64,000 bases of DNA from Acidobacteriota bacterium (GCA_965263035.1 OZ253580.1:1216001-1280000), one strand, 5' to 3'; positions 20,090 to 30,775 are shown, counted from the stretch's first letter. Notes: generated from the letters alone by a model not told the origin. Program-made: numbers and translations.

Positions 20090-20886
20090 GCTTCCATCTC
20101 GATGGTTGCGTTGACATACAACCGCCAATCCTTCGACCGCGGCGCATTCTCCGCATTCGCGGCCGGCAGGAGTTTCGTGAAGTTTCGCGCCCGCTCTTGC
20201 ACATGCTCCTTGAGGAGCACGGCCCTGTCTCCCGCTCCGACATGTTCGAGCAGGTAGCCCAGACGCTGCGCCCACGGGATCGACGCCGATTTCGAGGCGT
20301 CGACGAGGCGTCGCGGGTCCATCCCCTCGCCGAGTTCGGAAAGAAGACCTGCCACCCGGTCCACGCCGCCCGCGTGATGCATGTATCCGACGAGATCGAC
20401 TGCCGTTGCCTCCACCGTTGAGACCCGAACGGTTCCGCGCGGATTGTTGAATCTCCGGACCGGCACGTCGCCCACGTTCCAGCGAGCGACGAATGACACC
20501 TTCACGGATCCGCACGAGATCGACGGCCTGTTCCTGCCGAGGATGACCTGGAACGCTTGCGGCCGATGATGCGCGGCGCCGTGGTATTGTGCGGCCGACA
20601 GGAGCGCCGCATAGTACGGCACCTTCCGGTGCTCCATGAGGGCCGGGATGAACTGGTCCGCCGGCAGGCAACCGAGCCTTCTGTATTCGGGCGGCACGAT
20701 GACGTAGAATCCGCGCGCGGGGCTGGCGATCTCACCCTTGGCCGCCAGACGGCTCAACGCCTGCCTCGCGGCGGCGGCGGAAACGCCGAGCGCCGAGCGA
20801 AGCTCCCCCGACGTGAAGTGATGCCGGCCGCGAGCAGCCAGATCCATGATGACATCGCGGGCGCGTGGCGCGGCAGATCCATACAT
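20086..20886 (-). CDS. abiEi: Type IV TA antitoxin AbiEi
   Basis: N-terminal wHTH, RGFYVIVPPEY, YY.ALLSAA.YHGAAH, VSTVEATAVDL, QRLGYLLE. Confidence 0.9.
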   Translation of the reverse strand: MYGSAAPRARDVIMDLAARGRHHFTSGELRSALGVSAAAARQALSRLAAKGEIASPARGFYVIVPPEYRRLGCLPADQFIPALMEHRKVPYYAALLSAAQYHGAAHHRPQAFQVILGRNRPSISCGSVKVSFVARWNVGDVPVRRFNNPRGTVRVSTVEATAVDLVGYMHHAGGVDRVAGLLSELGEGMDPRRLVDASKSASIPWAQRLGYLLEHVGAGDRAVLLKEHVQERARNFTKLLPAANAENAPRSKDWRLYVNATIEMEA

Positions 20887-21009
20887 GACGCCAACAAAGT
20901 ATCATTTTTCGTCACATAATGAGAGCGTATATGTCAGAATGGGGAGCGCACGCCCTTTTCGGTGCTCCCGTTTCATGGCCCGGCATCGCCGGACGCCGCG
21001 CCTCCACCC

Positions 21010-21038
21010 TTGACATCTTCAGGTCGAATTCCTAAGAT
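21010..21038 (+). promoter_or_regulatory. Sigma70 promoter of tRNA-Gly
   Basis: TTGACA-N17-TAAGAT. Confidence 0.75.
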
Positions 21039-21053
21039 TTGGGCACGTTTGGC

Positions 21054-21128
<75 letters not shown>

Positions 21129-21376
21129 TTTAACCCCCGCAATTGAGAATCAACTGTCCAGACTCAACCGGAGGTCTGGAGAGTTTCCCGTTCCTCCATA
21201 CCCATCCGCACCTGATACGTGAGGAATTCCGCCCACCTCCGACCGGTTCCCGGTGACTTCCGTCACCCACCGTCCCGTAGTTCCCGATGGGGCCAACGTC
21301 AGTGAGCCGGTTTCGGCAGGAAATTCACATTCCATTGCAGGTACCGGCTATTCACGACTCCAACGGGAGGAGGACC

Positions 21377-21979
21377 ATGAGAAATCTCTTTAGAAGCGAC
21401 GTGAGGTTCTTCAAAACATGGACGGCAACTGGACTCATGCCCGTCGTGCTTCTGATGGGACTGCCGGGATGCGTGGCGAGGCACATGCCCGACTGGTCCA
21501 GGGTGCAAGCCGTTGCCCCCGAAACCAAGACCGAGCTGCAGCTATACGAGGATGAGGCCGTCCCGGGCGGCCGACGGCGAAAGCTCAAGGGACGATTCAT
21601 CTCGGCCACCGCCGACTCCATCACGCTACAGCTAACGGATCGCAACTACACGGATGACCCGACTCGCACGTTGCAGAAATCGGCAGTCCGCAAGGTCCTC
21701 ACCCGTCGCCCATTCTTGAAACGATGGCCTGGTTGGGTCGCTTTGGGGATTTTCGGCCTATTAAACGCGGGGATTGCGGCCGGGGCTGCAGACGGCGGCG
21801 AGGACTCCCTTCCAGGGCACTTGGTTCTCCAAGGTGGCGTCACCCTCCCGCTCGCAATCGGCTTCTTCTTCGGTTCAAGAATGGAGGGAGTTTACGAAGT
21901 CCCTCCCAAACACAGAGATTCGTCGTGGTGGACTGGGACACCGGCAGGCGGGACGAAGAAACCGAAAGCCTCGCCGTGA
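21377..21979 (+). CDS. Hypothetical membrane/lipoprotein
   Basis: GGAGGAGG RBS, hydrophobic stretch ending LPGC, two C-terminal hydrophobic segments. Confidence 0.6.
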   Translation: MRNLFRSDVRFFKTWTATGLMPVVLLMGLPGCVARHMPDWSRVQAVAPETKTELQLYEDEAVPGGRRRKLKGRFISATADSITLQLTDRNYTDDPTRTLQKSAVRKVLTRRPFLKRWPGWVALGIFGLLNAGIAAGAADGGEDSLPGHLVLQGGVTLPLAIGFFFGSRMEGVYEVPPKHRDSSWWTGTPAGGTKKPKASP

Positions 21980-22148
21980 CCGGGAACTCTGAGGACAACC
22001 AAAGGTTTTCACCAATCACGATCGGAGACAGTGGGAAAATCGAATCCGGGTGATCAGATGGCATCCCATCCGAGCGGGATTTTGGTAGACTTGCCCTGTC
22101 CCGAACCCTCTCGAAATACTGTTAACCTCAATCATATCAGTGGATTGA

Positions 22149-25100
22149 GTGGATTCGGGATTTCTGGTGATGACTGGAAATCTCCCGAAACACACCGATT
22201 CAGTTCTGAATTTCCGCTTCGCGCCGTTGTTCCTCTGCGGATGCCTCGCCTTGCTCCTCGCGAGCCAATGGGCCAGAGGACAGGCGGAGAGCGCCACTCT
22301 GCTGGGTACGGTCCGGCTGGAAGACGGCGGCCACGCCGGGAACGTGGAGATCACGATTCGCCGCCCGGACACCAATGAGACCTACTCCCTCCTGACCGGC
22401 TCCAGCGGCAACTACCGCCGGGACGGCCTGGCCCCCGGGGCCTACGAGATCCAGGTGGCGGCTCGCGGCCACGCCGGTCTGCTTCGGGTCGGAGTCCAAC
22501 TCCTGGTGGGCCAGGTCCTCCGGGAGGACTTTGTCCTGATTCCGGGCGACGAAAACGAAGTTCGGGTTCAGGAGAGCGGGTGGGTCCCCAGCGGCTCGGA
22601 CCGGGACGACCGGGGCCTGGTCATCGACCGGGAGAAACTGGAAACGCTCCCGGTGGCCTCCCGCGACATCGGCCAATTGGTGGACATGGCTCCGGGCGCC
22701 TCCCGCACCAGCAGCGGGCGGCGCCGGGGCGTGAAGGTCATGGGCATGAGACGGAGGGACAACCTGCTCTATATCGACGGGACCCTCTTTACCCATGGCG
22801 ACGGCGGAACCACCTTCCAGGCCAGTACCGACGCGCTCCAGGAGTTCGACATCAAGAGCGGACTCTACTCGGCCGAGTACGGGATTCGTCCCGGGGCGCA
22901 GATCGTGGCGGTGACCAAGAGCGGAACCAACGCCTATCACGGCAGCCTCTACTGGTTTCACCGAAACGACAATCTGGACGCCCGGAACTTCTTCGAGCAG
23001 GAGAAGAAGGAGTTCAAGCGGAATCAGATGGGTGCCACCCTGGGCGGCCCCATCCTCCTTCCGGGGTTGTTCAAGGGCACGGATCGAGCCTGGTTCTTCC
23101 TCTCCCACCAATACCGGTCCATACGGGAGACCAAGCCGCTCACGGGCGTGGTCCCGACGCGAGACGAGAAGAAGGGACTCTTTTCGTCTCCGATTACGGA
23201 CCCCTCCACGGGTGCTCCTTTCCCCAACAACCGCATCCCCAAAAACCGGTTCGACCCGGTGGCGCTGAAGCTGCTTCCCATTTGGCCGGATCCCAACACC
23301 GTGGGCCCCCTGAACTTCACCAGCCCCGACTCGGTTTCTCCCACCGACAACCCCCAGATCATCGCCCGCGTGGACCTGAAGACCTCCGACGTCAGCCGTT
23401 GGAGCGGCCGCTTCGTCTGGGACTCGCGGCCCATCACTTCGGCCCGGGCCGTCAGCATCTTCTCGTCCACCAGCCCCCTGTCCACCTATGGACAGTCCAT
23501 CTCCTACAGCCGGAACCTGGGCTCCCGGGACATCAACGTGGCCAGCATTCACTTGTTCCGGCGGCCTTACGAGTCGGTTCCCTCCAACCCTCTGCCCAAC
23601 CTGGCGGGCAGACTGGGCATCGACGAACTGCTCCTGGCCGAGGTGGACCGTCACGGGGTCCCCAGGACCCGAATCACTGGGTTTGCCGGCATCGGCGACC
23701 AGATTCTGGCCGGCAGGGCGGCGCTGGGAAACTGGCAGGTGAAGGACGATCTGGTCCTTCCCCGGGGCAACCACACCCTGAAGCTGGGTCTGGAATACCG
23801 ACAGCACTTCAACCAGTATGGCCAGCACCGCCGATCCGAATTCGACTTCTACAATCGGTACACGGGGAACGGCTGGGGGGACTTTCTCCTGGGACATCTG
23901 GCCCAGAGCCAATTGGGAGGCGAGATCAATAGGGGCCGTTTCCACCAGAACAGCATCTACGCCTACCTTTCCGACGAGTGGCGGGTGACTCCGGGGCTGG
24001 ATCTGAACCTGGGTCTCCGGTACGAGCTCCGGTTGCCCTGGGTGGACCTGCGGGGCTTCATGGCCAACTTCGATCCGGCCACCGGCCGCCTTCATCCGGA
24101 ATTGCTGGACCTGGATCTGGCGCCCGGCGAGACGGGACGATTCAGGCCCCGCATGCCCCTCATCCAGTGGAACCGCTTGGGTGGAATCCAGCCCCGACTG
24201 GGGCTGGCGCTACGGTTGGGGGAGCGCACGGTGCTGCACACCGGAGCTGGCCTGTATTCCAACGAACCGGACGTGGGCATGGTTTCCCGGCTGGGAAGAA
24301 ACCCGCGGCCCGGGGCCGAGCGGCTGATCTTCGAATCCGATCTGGAAACACCTCTCCTGTCGCTGTCCGACCCCTTTCCCGAGACCGGCAGGGCTGCGGC
24401 CGTGCCGGATCACTATGGCGTCGAGACTCCCCTGCCCCTGGCCACGACCCAGTCGTGGGGTCTGAGCTTGCAGCACCGGCTCTTCAGAGAACTCATGATC
24501 AATGCGGGATATCACGGATCCCACACCATCCACCGCATGGAGACGGTCTCCTTGAACGACGCGGCTCCGGGCACCGGCGACCGGCAGCAGCGTCGGCCCT
24601 TTGGCGATCTGCAGAACGTCCAGGTGCCTCAGGCCGACGGCGGGGCCTGGTATCACGGCCTGCAACTGCAGGTGGAAAAAGCTCCCGGAGCGCACGGCCT
24701 ATCCTTGCTGGCCTCCTTCAGCTGGTCGCGGCTGATCGAGATCGGAGCCAGCGACATCGGATCACACCACCCCACTTTCTTTCGCTCCCGAAACATGGAC
24801 TTGGAGGCCACCCGGGGACTGGCCGACTTTCACGTGCCGCGCAGACTCCTTATGAGCGTGGGCTACGATCTTCCCTTCGGGTCGGATGGAACGCTCTCCG
24901 GGCCGGAGTGGATCTCCAATCTGGTCCGCAACTGGTCGCTACGGGTGATCTCCAGCGCTCAGGACGGCCCCTGGATCACCATCAATCTTCCTGGAGATCC
25001 GTTGGACGTGGGTTCGGTGGCCTCCCAGTGGCCCGACCGCATCCGCGACGCCAACCTGCCCGAGAGCCGACGCGTGCCGACCCGTTGGTTCGACACCGAG

Positions 25101-25382
25101 GCCTTCCGCCTGCCCCGGGCCTTCCACTATGGAGACGCAGGGAAGTCCACGGTGGAAGGCCCGGGCCTCATCAATCTGGACGTCTCCCTGAGGCGGACCT
25201 TTCGGTTGGAGGAGGAACGCCGCATCGAGCTACGACTCGAAGCCTTCAATGCCGCCAACCGCGCCAATTTCGCCGTCGGCCGGAGTGACCCGGCCATCGA
25301 GTTCGGCACCACGGGCTTCGGAAGCATCGGCCGTGCGCTTCCTGGCCGTCAGATCCAACTGGGATTCAAGGCCTATTTCTGA
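22149..25382 (+). CDS. TonB-dependent receptor, Oar-like with carboxypeptidase-regulatory-like N-domain (start uncertain)
   Basis: YSAEYG, TKSGTN..HG, RNDNLDARNFF, RNQ.G.TLGGP, LNLGLRYE, R.EAFNA.N..NF, terminal RQIQLGFKAYF. Confidence 0.92.
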   Translation: MDSGFLVMTGNLPKHTDSVLNFRFAPLFLCGCLALLLASQWARGQAESATLLGTVRLEDGGHAGNVEITIRRPDTNETYSLLTGSSGNYRRDGLAPGAYEIQVAARGHAGLLRVGVQLLVGQVLREDFVLIPGDENEVRVQESGWVPSGSDRDDRGLVIDREKLETLPVASRDIGQLVDMAPGASRTSSGRRRGVKVMGMRRRDNLLYIDGTLFTHGDGGTTFQASTDALQEFDIKSGLYSAEYGIRPGAQIVAVTKSGTNAYHGSLYWFHRNDNLDARNFFEQEKKEFKRNQMGATLGGPILLPGLFKGTDRAWFFLSHQYRSIRETKPLTGVVPTRDEKKGLFSSPITDPSTGAPFPNNRIPKNRFDPVALKLLPIWPDPNTVGPLNFTSPDSVSPTDNPQIIARVDLKTSDVSRWSGRFVWDSRPITSARAVSIFSSTSPLSTYGQSISYSRNLGSRDINVASIHLFRRPYESVPSNPLPNLAGRLGIDELLLAEVDRHGVPRTRITGFAGIGDQILAGRAALGNWQVKDDLVLPRGNHTLKLGLEYRQHFNQYGQHRRSEFDFYNRYTGNGWGDFLLGHLAQSQLGGEINRGRFHQNSIYAYLSDEWRVTPGLDLNLGLRYELRLPWVDLRGFMANFDPATGRLHPELLDLDLAPGETGRFRPRMPLIQWNRLGGIQPRLGLALRLGERTVLHTGAGLYSNEPDVGMVSRLGRNPRPGAERLIFESDLETPLLSLSDPFPETGRAAAVPDHYGVETPLPLATTQSWGLSLQHRLFRELMINAGYHGSHTIHRMETVSLNDAAPGTGDRQQRRPFGDLQNVQVPQADGGAWYHGLQLQVEKAPGAHGLSLLASFSWSRLIEIGASDIGSHHPTFFRSRNMDLEATRGLADFHVPRRLLMSVGYDLPFGSDGTLSGPEWISNLVRNWSLRVISSAQDGPWITINLPGDPLDVGSVASQWPDRIRDANLPESRRVPTRWFDTEAFRLPRAFHYGDAGKSTVEGPGLINLDVSLRRTFRLEEERRIELRLEAFNAANRANFAVGRSDPAIEFGTTGFGSIGRALPGRQIQLGFKAYF

Positions 25383-25577
25383 TCGCCGGAAGCAATCGCT
25401 GATCGTTATTGGCAATTACTAGTGGAAGTCTTTTTTCTCAAATACGTTACGATGGTTGCAGCTGAATTGGTACGGGAGATCCCGACCCACGAAAATTGAC
25501 GGGAAACGAGCGTTTTTCCTCGACCGGGGTGACAGGCAATTGTGTCTTTCCCTCGCCGCGGGCAGAATGGAATTCCA

Positions 25578-26990
25578 TTGATTGATCTGGACCTGTTCGT
25601 CATCGGCACCGGACCCGCAGGTCAAAGGGCCGCCATCCAGGCGGCCAAGCTGGGCAAGAGAGTCGGGATCTGCGACCGGCGCGATGTGGTGGGCGGTGTC
25701 TGCGTGAACACCGGAACCATCCCCTCCAAGACTTTCCGCGAGGCCCTCCTCTATTTGACGGGTTACCGGCAGCGCCCTGTCTACGGAGAATCGTATACGC
25801 TCAAGGAAGACTTGGAGATGCAGGATCTCCTCTTCCGTTGCCAGCACGTCGTCCAACAGCAGATTCACGTGATTCGGCAACAGATGCGCCGTAACGGGGT
25901 GACGATCCTTTCGGGCACGGCGTCATTCAGGAGCCCCCACGAAGTGGAAGTCCGCGGGTCCCGGAGGGTGACGCGGGTCCGGTCGAAACACTTTGTCATC
26001 GCCACCGGCAGCGAGCCGGCCGCTCCCGACGGCGTGGCGGTGGACGGAGCCACGGTGATCACGGCCGACGAGATCCTGAGCATGGACTCCCTGCCCCGAT
26101 CCATGACGGTCGTGGGAGCAGGTGTGATCGGTCTGGAGTACGCCTCCATGTTCGGTGCGCTCGACACCGAGGTGACCATCATCGACAAGCGACCGCGGCC
26201 TCTCGAGTTCGTCGACTCGGAAATCATCGATTCCTTGCTGTATCAGATGCGGAACAAGAATTGCGTCTTCCGGCTGGGCGAGGAGGTGGAGTCGATCCAC
26301 CTGAGGAACGGCGGCGCCGAGGCCCGGCTCAAATCCGGAAAACGGGTCCAATCCGAGGTCCTGTTCTATTCCATCGGCCGGGTCGGGGCCACGGCATCCC
26401 TGAATCTGGAAGCCGCCGGCCTGGAGAGCGACCATCGGGGACGCATCCCGGTCGGCGTCACCTTCCAGACCCGGCAGCGTCACATCTACGCCGTGGGTGA
26501 CGTCATCGGCTTTCCGGCCCTCGCCTCCACCTCCATGGAGCAGGGACGCATGGCGGCCTGCCATGCGTTCCAGGTGCCCTGCGAATCGATCCCGGAACTC
26601 TTTCCCTACGGAATCTATTCCATCCCGGAGATGTCCATGGTCGGAAGCACCGAGGAAGAGCTGACCCGGAATAAGGTTCCCTACGAAGTGGGTACCGCCC
26701 GTTACCGGGAGATCGCGCGAGGCGTCATCATGGGAGACGATTCGGGTCTGCTCAAGATCCTCTTTCACCGGGACACGCGAAAAATCCTGGGGGTCCACAT
26801 CATCGGAACCGGCGCTGCGGAACTGATCCACATCGGCCAGGCCGTGCTCGCCCTGGGCGGGACCATCGACTACTTCGTCGACACGGTGTTCAATTATCCG
26901 ACTTTTGCCGAGTGCTACAAGGTGGCGGGACTGGACGGCTTCAACAAGGTCGGCCCTCCGAAGACGTTGCCGTTTGGCCAGCAGCCGTGA
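25578..26990 (+). CDS. sthA: Soluble pyridine nucleotide transhydrogenase
   Basis: IGTGPAGQRAA, GGVCVNTGTIPSKT (second Cys replaced by Thr), GDVIGFPALAS, FNYPT.AECYKVA; start may be 25542. Confidence 0.92.
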   Translation: MIDLDLFVIGTGPAGQRAAIQAAKLGKRVGICDRRDVVGGVCVNTGTIPSKTFREALLYLTGYRQRPVYGESYTLKEDLEMQDLLFRCQHVVQQQIHVIRQQMRRNGVTILSGTASFRSPHEVEVRGSRRVTRVRSKHFVIATGSEPAAPDGVAVDGATVITADEILSMDSLPRSMTVVGAGVIGLEYASMFGALDTEVTIIDKRPRPLEFVDSEIIDSLLYQMRNKNCVFRLGEEVESIHLRNGGAEARLKSGKRVQSEVLFYSIGRVGATASLNLEAAGLESDHRGRIPVGVTFQTRQRHIYAVGDVIGFPALASTSMEQGRMAACHAFQVPCESIPELFPYGIYSIPEMSMVGSTEEELTRNKVPYEVGTARYREIARGVIMGDDSGLLKILFHRDTRKILGVHIIGTGAAELIHIGQAVLALGGTIDYFVDTVFNYPTFAECYKVAGLDGFNKVGPPKTLPFGQQP

Positions 26991-27724
26991 CTCGCCTTCT
27001 CCTCCTCCCGGTCACTTTTCTGTTACTCGCTGCCGCATGGTCCTGCGGAGAACTGCATCTGCAGGGACGCACCGACGAGGAACTGGTCGAGCTGCTCTCC
27101 AATGAGCAGTGGCGGACCCGGGAGGAAGCCCGGCAGGAGTTGGTCGCCCGGGGACCGGATCGGGTGGTTCGGCTTCTACTGGAGGAATGGGAGCGAACGG
27201 GGGATCCCCGGGTTCGCGACCGGATCGCCATCATCCTGCATCCCTGGGGCGCCTTCGCCATCGGAGACCGGTCGGTCCCGGTCCTGACGGAACTCGTCGT
27301 CTTCAACCGCCACTTGAGAGAGGCGCTCCCGGAGATCCGGACCGCACCGGAGCCGGCCCTTCAGGAGATCTCCGAGGGAATCGTCCGCCGTTTCGGAACC
27401 CTGATGGAGGCCTTGAGAATGGAGATCGACGCGGAGCTGGTCCGATATCGGGACAATCTCGTCTCTTCGGTCATTCACCTCCGACTGCTCTTTAACCGGG
27501 GAAACCGAGCCCGGGCCATCGGCGCCGTCGCCGAGATGAGCCGGAAGATCGCCGCACGGGTCGAAGCCCACGGCGACTTGGACCGGGACGGGTTGTCCAC
27601 CTCGTGGGAGTTGGAGCACGATCTGGACCCGCTCCAGGACGATTCGCAAGAAGACCCCGACGGCGACGGCCGGTCCAACCTGGAAGAGTACCGGCAGAAT
27701 CGAGATCCTGGGGTTTCGGACTGA
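26987..27724 (+). CDS. Hypothetical lipoprotein, HEAT-like region plus TSP3-like Ca-binding motifs
   Basis: Signal peptide ending AWSC; DLDRDGLS..WE..DP and DPDGDGRSNLEEY..DP; GTG overlaps sthA stop. Confidence 0.65.
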   Translation: MTRLLLLPVTFLLLAAAWSCGELHLQGRTDEELVELLSNEQWRTREEARQELVARGPDRVVRLLLEEWERTGDPRVRDRIAIILHPWGAFAIGDRSVPVLTELVVFNRHLREALPEIRTAPEPALQEISEGIVRRFGTLMEALRMEIDAELVRYRDNLVSSVIHLRLLFNRGNRARAIGAVAEMSRKIAARVEAHGDLDRDGLSTSWELEHDLDPLQDDSQEDPDGDGRSNLEEYRQNRDPGVSD

Positions 27725-27750
27725 GTAGGGGCGCCCCTTGTGGGCGCCCT
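27725..27750 (+). repeat. GTAG-type REP palindrome
   Basis: GTAGGGGCGCCCCTTGTGGGCGCCCT immediately after a stop codon. Confidence 0.6.
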
Positions 27751-27894
27751 CTTCGGTCCAAAGCGGAGCAAGACGGGGCTAGACGAAGAGTCGGCAACTA
27801 TAAAGCCGCCGCTCCGGCAAAGAAAATTTGGTTCCAACTATGCCGGATTAGGAACGGACCCTAATACTCCCAAATATGAGCTTGCGAAGGCAAA

Positions 27895-28299
27895 CTACTC
27901 AAACAATCCCAAGCCTTCATTCACAGCCGCCGCGCCGAGAGCGCCGTCCAGCGTAGCCAGGGGCAAACTCCTCCGACGAGCCAATTCCAAGTAAAGGGCA
28001 TCGTAGAAGGACAGGCCATGAACTCTGGCTAAGGATAACGCAGCGTCGAAGTTCGGGTCTGAGTCAGTTCGAACCGGCAAAATCCTAAGGTCGATCAACC
28101 GATCATCGACTTCATCCGGACGGATACGGCCCCGTCGTTCACCCACGATTAGCGCGTTGCGAACCTCCAGATGCCAGTGTTGGGGGACAAGAGCCTCCCA
28201 TTCCGCGAGTCTTGTCAATACGGAGTCCGCTCTCGGTTCGGACTCGTCGTCGAAGAGCCACGCAGCCGCAATCGACGCATCGAGGATTAAAGCGTTCAG
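27895..28299 (-). CDS. vapC: VapC (PIN) toxin
   Basis: ILDASIAAAW, EVRNAL, LSFYDALYLELA, LATLD; start probably CTG overlapping the antitoxin stop. Confidence 0.88.
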   Translation of the reverse strand: MNALILDASIAAAWLFDDESEPRADSVLTRLAEWEALVPQHWHLEVRNALIVGERRGRIRPDEVDDRLIDLRILPVRTDSDPNFDAALSLARVHGLSFYDALYLELARRRSLPLATLDGALGAAAVNEGLGLFE

Positions 28300-28547
28300 A
28301 ACCGATGTCCTTCGTGCCGGGCAGCGAGGATTTCCTCTGTAGACATGTCGATCTTCCTCCACTTGCGCCGTCGTTCTCGAAACCGCGCCACCGCCGCTCT
28401 TCGTCGGGCGACCTCGTTGTCTTGTGCCGGAACCAAGTGCGCTACCGTTTGTCCATGACGGGTGATCGCAATACTCTCGCCGCGTTCGACCGTCCGAAGC
28501 AGTTCGGCCAGCTTCGATTTGGCTTCGGTTGCTTGTATTTCGCGCAT
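28296..28547 (-). CDS. Phd/YefM family antitoxin
   Basis: MREIQATEAKSKLAELLRTVERGESIAITRHGQTVAHLVP. Confidence 0.9.
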   Translation of the reverse strand: MREIQATEAKSKLAELLRTVERGESIAITRHGQTVAHLVPAQDNEVARRRAAVARFRERRRKWRKIDMSTEEILAARHEGHRF

Positions 28548-28559
28548 GATGGCAATCTC

Positions 28560-28582
28560 TAACCGGTTAATATAACCGGATT
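28560..28582. promoter_or_regulatory. Putative TA autoregulatory operator
   Basis: Palindrome TAACCGGTTA plus near copy TAACCGGATT just upstream of the antitoxin. Confidence 0.55.
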
Positions 28583-28741
28583 GCATCTATTATAGTCTGG
28601 GATCGAGTGGAGAGGCAAACAGACCAGATGGGATTGAGCCTCCTTTTTTCGCCGGCGTAAACAATGCAGAGTTTGATTTGAGAGGTAGAGTAGTCGCACA
28701 CCCGCGACCGAGGTGTTGCGCGTGATTTTCGCTTCGAATTG

Positions 28742-29272
28742 CTACGGCCGATCCCCGTTTCGGACTCTTTCCAAAAACAGAATGAAACCGGCGCGGGTCT
28801 GCTCTCCGTCGTCTCCGATCTTCTGGAACACGAAGCGAACTCCTTCATCACCCGGACGGACCGACCTGTAGGCCCTCAACGTCGCCTTCCAATTTCGCTT
28901 TTCGTACTCGTACTGGGCCTGACCCGTCTCGCTGTAGTGGCGCTCCTCATCAGTCCCGATGGGATCTGCCGTGGAGCGTAGGAAAAGGGTTCCCAGCACC
29001 GGCACGACCCAGTTCTCAGCGGTCCGCTCGTCGTAGGGACGCCCAGCGACGACGGCAACCGGTCGTTCCTCCTTGAGAAACGCCAGAGAGGACTGCCCGT
29101 TCTCCAACCGCAGTTGCAGGTCGTAGTTTCCTTCTTCGAGCACTATCCCTTTAGCGGTGTAGAGATCTCCGGGAAGGCGAAGCTGGGTGACGTAGGACGC
29201 TGCCTCCTGACCGGGTAGGAACTCGGTGAAGAGGACGAACATCAGCAACGGAAGCGGAATCATCGTTCTCAT
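28742..29272 (-). CDS. Hypothetical secreted protein
   Basis: Signal-peptide-like N-terminus, GGGAG RBS. Confidence 0.6.
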   Translation of the reverse strand: MRTMIPLPLLMFVLFTEFLPGQEAASYVTQLRLPGDLYTAKGIVLEEGNYDLQLRLENGQSSLAFLKEERPVAVVAGRPYDERTAENWVVPVLGTLFLRSTADPIGTDEERHYSETGQAQYEYEKRNWKATLRAYRSVRPGDEGVRFVFQKIGDDGEQTRAGFILFLERVRNGDRP

Positions 29273-29317
29273 TGCGGTCGCGCCACTACTCCCGTTCAGA
29301 ACGCCGACCTTTCGCCG

Positions 29318-30775
29318 TCAGGCCCGGGTGAGCCGCTCGGACAGGTCATTGTAGCCGCCGACGTCGGTCAGCCTCATGTCGCGGCCCTGGGTGAGATAGG
29401 TCAGCTTGGTATGGTCGAGTCCCAGCAACGACAGCATGGTGGCGTGCAGATCATGCACGTGGACCCGGTCCTCAATGGCCCGGCAGCCGAGTTCGTCGGT
29501 GGCGCCGATGACCTTTCCGCCCCGGATGCCGGCTCCGGCCATCCAGCAACTGAAGCCGTGAGGGTTGTGGTCCCGGCCGCCGTCGCCCTGGACGACGGGA
29601 GTCCGCCCGAACTCGCCGATCCAGACCACCAACGTGCTCTCCAGCAGCCCCCGCACCTTGAGGTCGGTCAGCAGCCCTGCCATGGGCTTGTCGATGGCGC
29701 CGGCGTTGTCGACATGGTTCCGGTCGCACTGGGCATGCCCGTCCCAGTTCCCCTTGTAGAGCTGGACGAATCGAACCCCGCGTTCCACCATGCGCCGCGC
29801 CAGCAGACAGACCCGGCCGAACTTGGCGGTCCGGTCCTCGTCCAAGCCGTACATTCTCCGGACCGATTCGGGCTCACCGGCCAGGTTGGTCAGTTCCGGC
29901 GCCGCCGCCTGCATGCGGAAGGCCAGCTCGTAGTTCGCGATGCGGGCGGCCAGACGGCTGTCGTCCCGCCGCGTTTCAAAGTGCCGGCGGTTCCACGACT
30001 GGAGCTGTTTCAGCATTCGGGACTGGGCGCCATGGGTGATGTCAGGCGGCGGATCCAGATTCTCGAACGCCGTCCCCTGGTGCCGGGCTCGAGTGGCCTG
30101 GTACACGGCGGGCAGGAACCCCGAGCCGTGCAGGGATTCGTCGCTTGCGGTCACGTTCCCTTCGGACATGGCGATGAAGCCGGGGAAATTCTCACTCTCG
30201 CTTCCCAGGCCGTAGACGATCCAGGAACCGAGCGTCGGATGACCCAGGCGCACGGAACCACTGAAGAGCAGATTGATGGCGGGTCCGTGAATGAGGGAAT
30301 CGTGATAGCAGGAGCGGATGACCGCCAGGTCATCGGCGCATCCGCCAAGGTTCTCGAAGAGATCCGAGATTTCGATGCCCGACTGCCCGTATCTCGTGAA
30401 CCTTCGGGGAGAGGCCATCAACTTCGCTTCATGGGCCTTGACGAACTGGAGACTCAGGTCCTCGGGCCGGAAGCTGGGCGGCAGGAGCTGGCCGTCGAGA
30501 CGGGCCAGTGCCGGCTTGGGATCGAACGTGTCGATATGGGAGGGTCCTCCCTTCATGAACATGAAGATGACGTTCCTGGCTTTGCCCGGGAAGTGGGGTG
30601 TTCCGGGTGCGAGCGGGTTGGGGAAGCTTGCCCCCTGCCGAGCAGCAGCGAATGCGGCTTCCTCCTCATGCAGGCAACCCAGGGCCACGGCGCCAAAGCC
30701 GAAACCGGATCGGGCCAGGAATTCCCGCCGGGAATGGACCTGTTCGTTCAAGTTACAGGAATGGAAATCCATCAT
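29318..30775 (-). CDS. DUF1501 family protein (Tat-exported)
   Basis: SRREFL, FM.GGPSHIDTFDPKP, LARRMVERGVRFVQ, WDGH, GEFGRTP, GRDH, DLHAT. Confidence 0.92.
   Translation of the reverse strand: MMDFHSCNLNEQVHSRREFLARSGFGFGAVALGCLHEEEAAFAAARQGASFPNPLAPGTPHFPGKARNVIFMFMKGGPSHIDTFDPKPALARLDGQLLPPSFRPEDLSLQFVKAHEAKLMASPRRFTRYGQSGIEISDLFENLGGCADDLAVIRSCYHDSLIHGPAINLLFSGSVRLGHPTLGSWIVYGLGSESENFPGFIAMSEGNVTASDESLHGSGFLPAVYQATRARHQGTAFENLDPPPDITHGAQSRMLKQLQSWNRRHFETRRDDSRLAARIANYELAFRMQAAAPELTNLAGEPESVRRMYGLDEDRTAKFGRVCLLARRMVERGVRFVQLYKGNWDGHAQCDRNHVDNAGAIDKPMAGLLTDLKVRGLLESTLVVWIGEFGRTPVVQGDGGRDHNPHGFSCWMAGAGIRGGKVIGATDELGCRAIEDRVHVHDLHATMLSLLGLDHTKLTYLTQGRDMRLTDVGGYNDLSERLTRA

Noticed and set aside
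19268-20671. 467-aa extended AbiEii
   Set aside because: The extension overlaps abiEi in another frame; the real start is the coupled GTG at 20089
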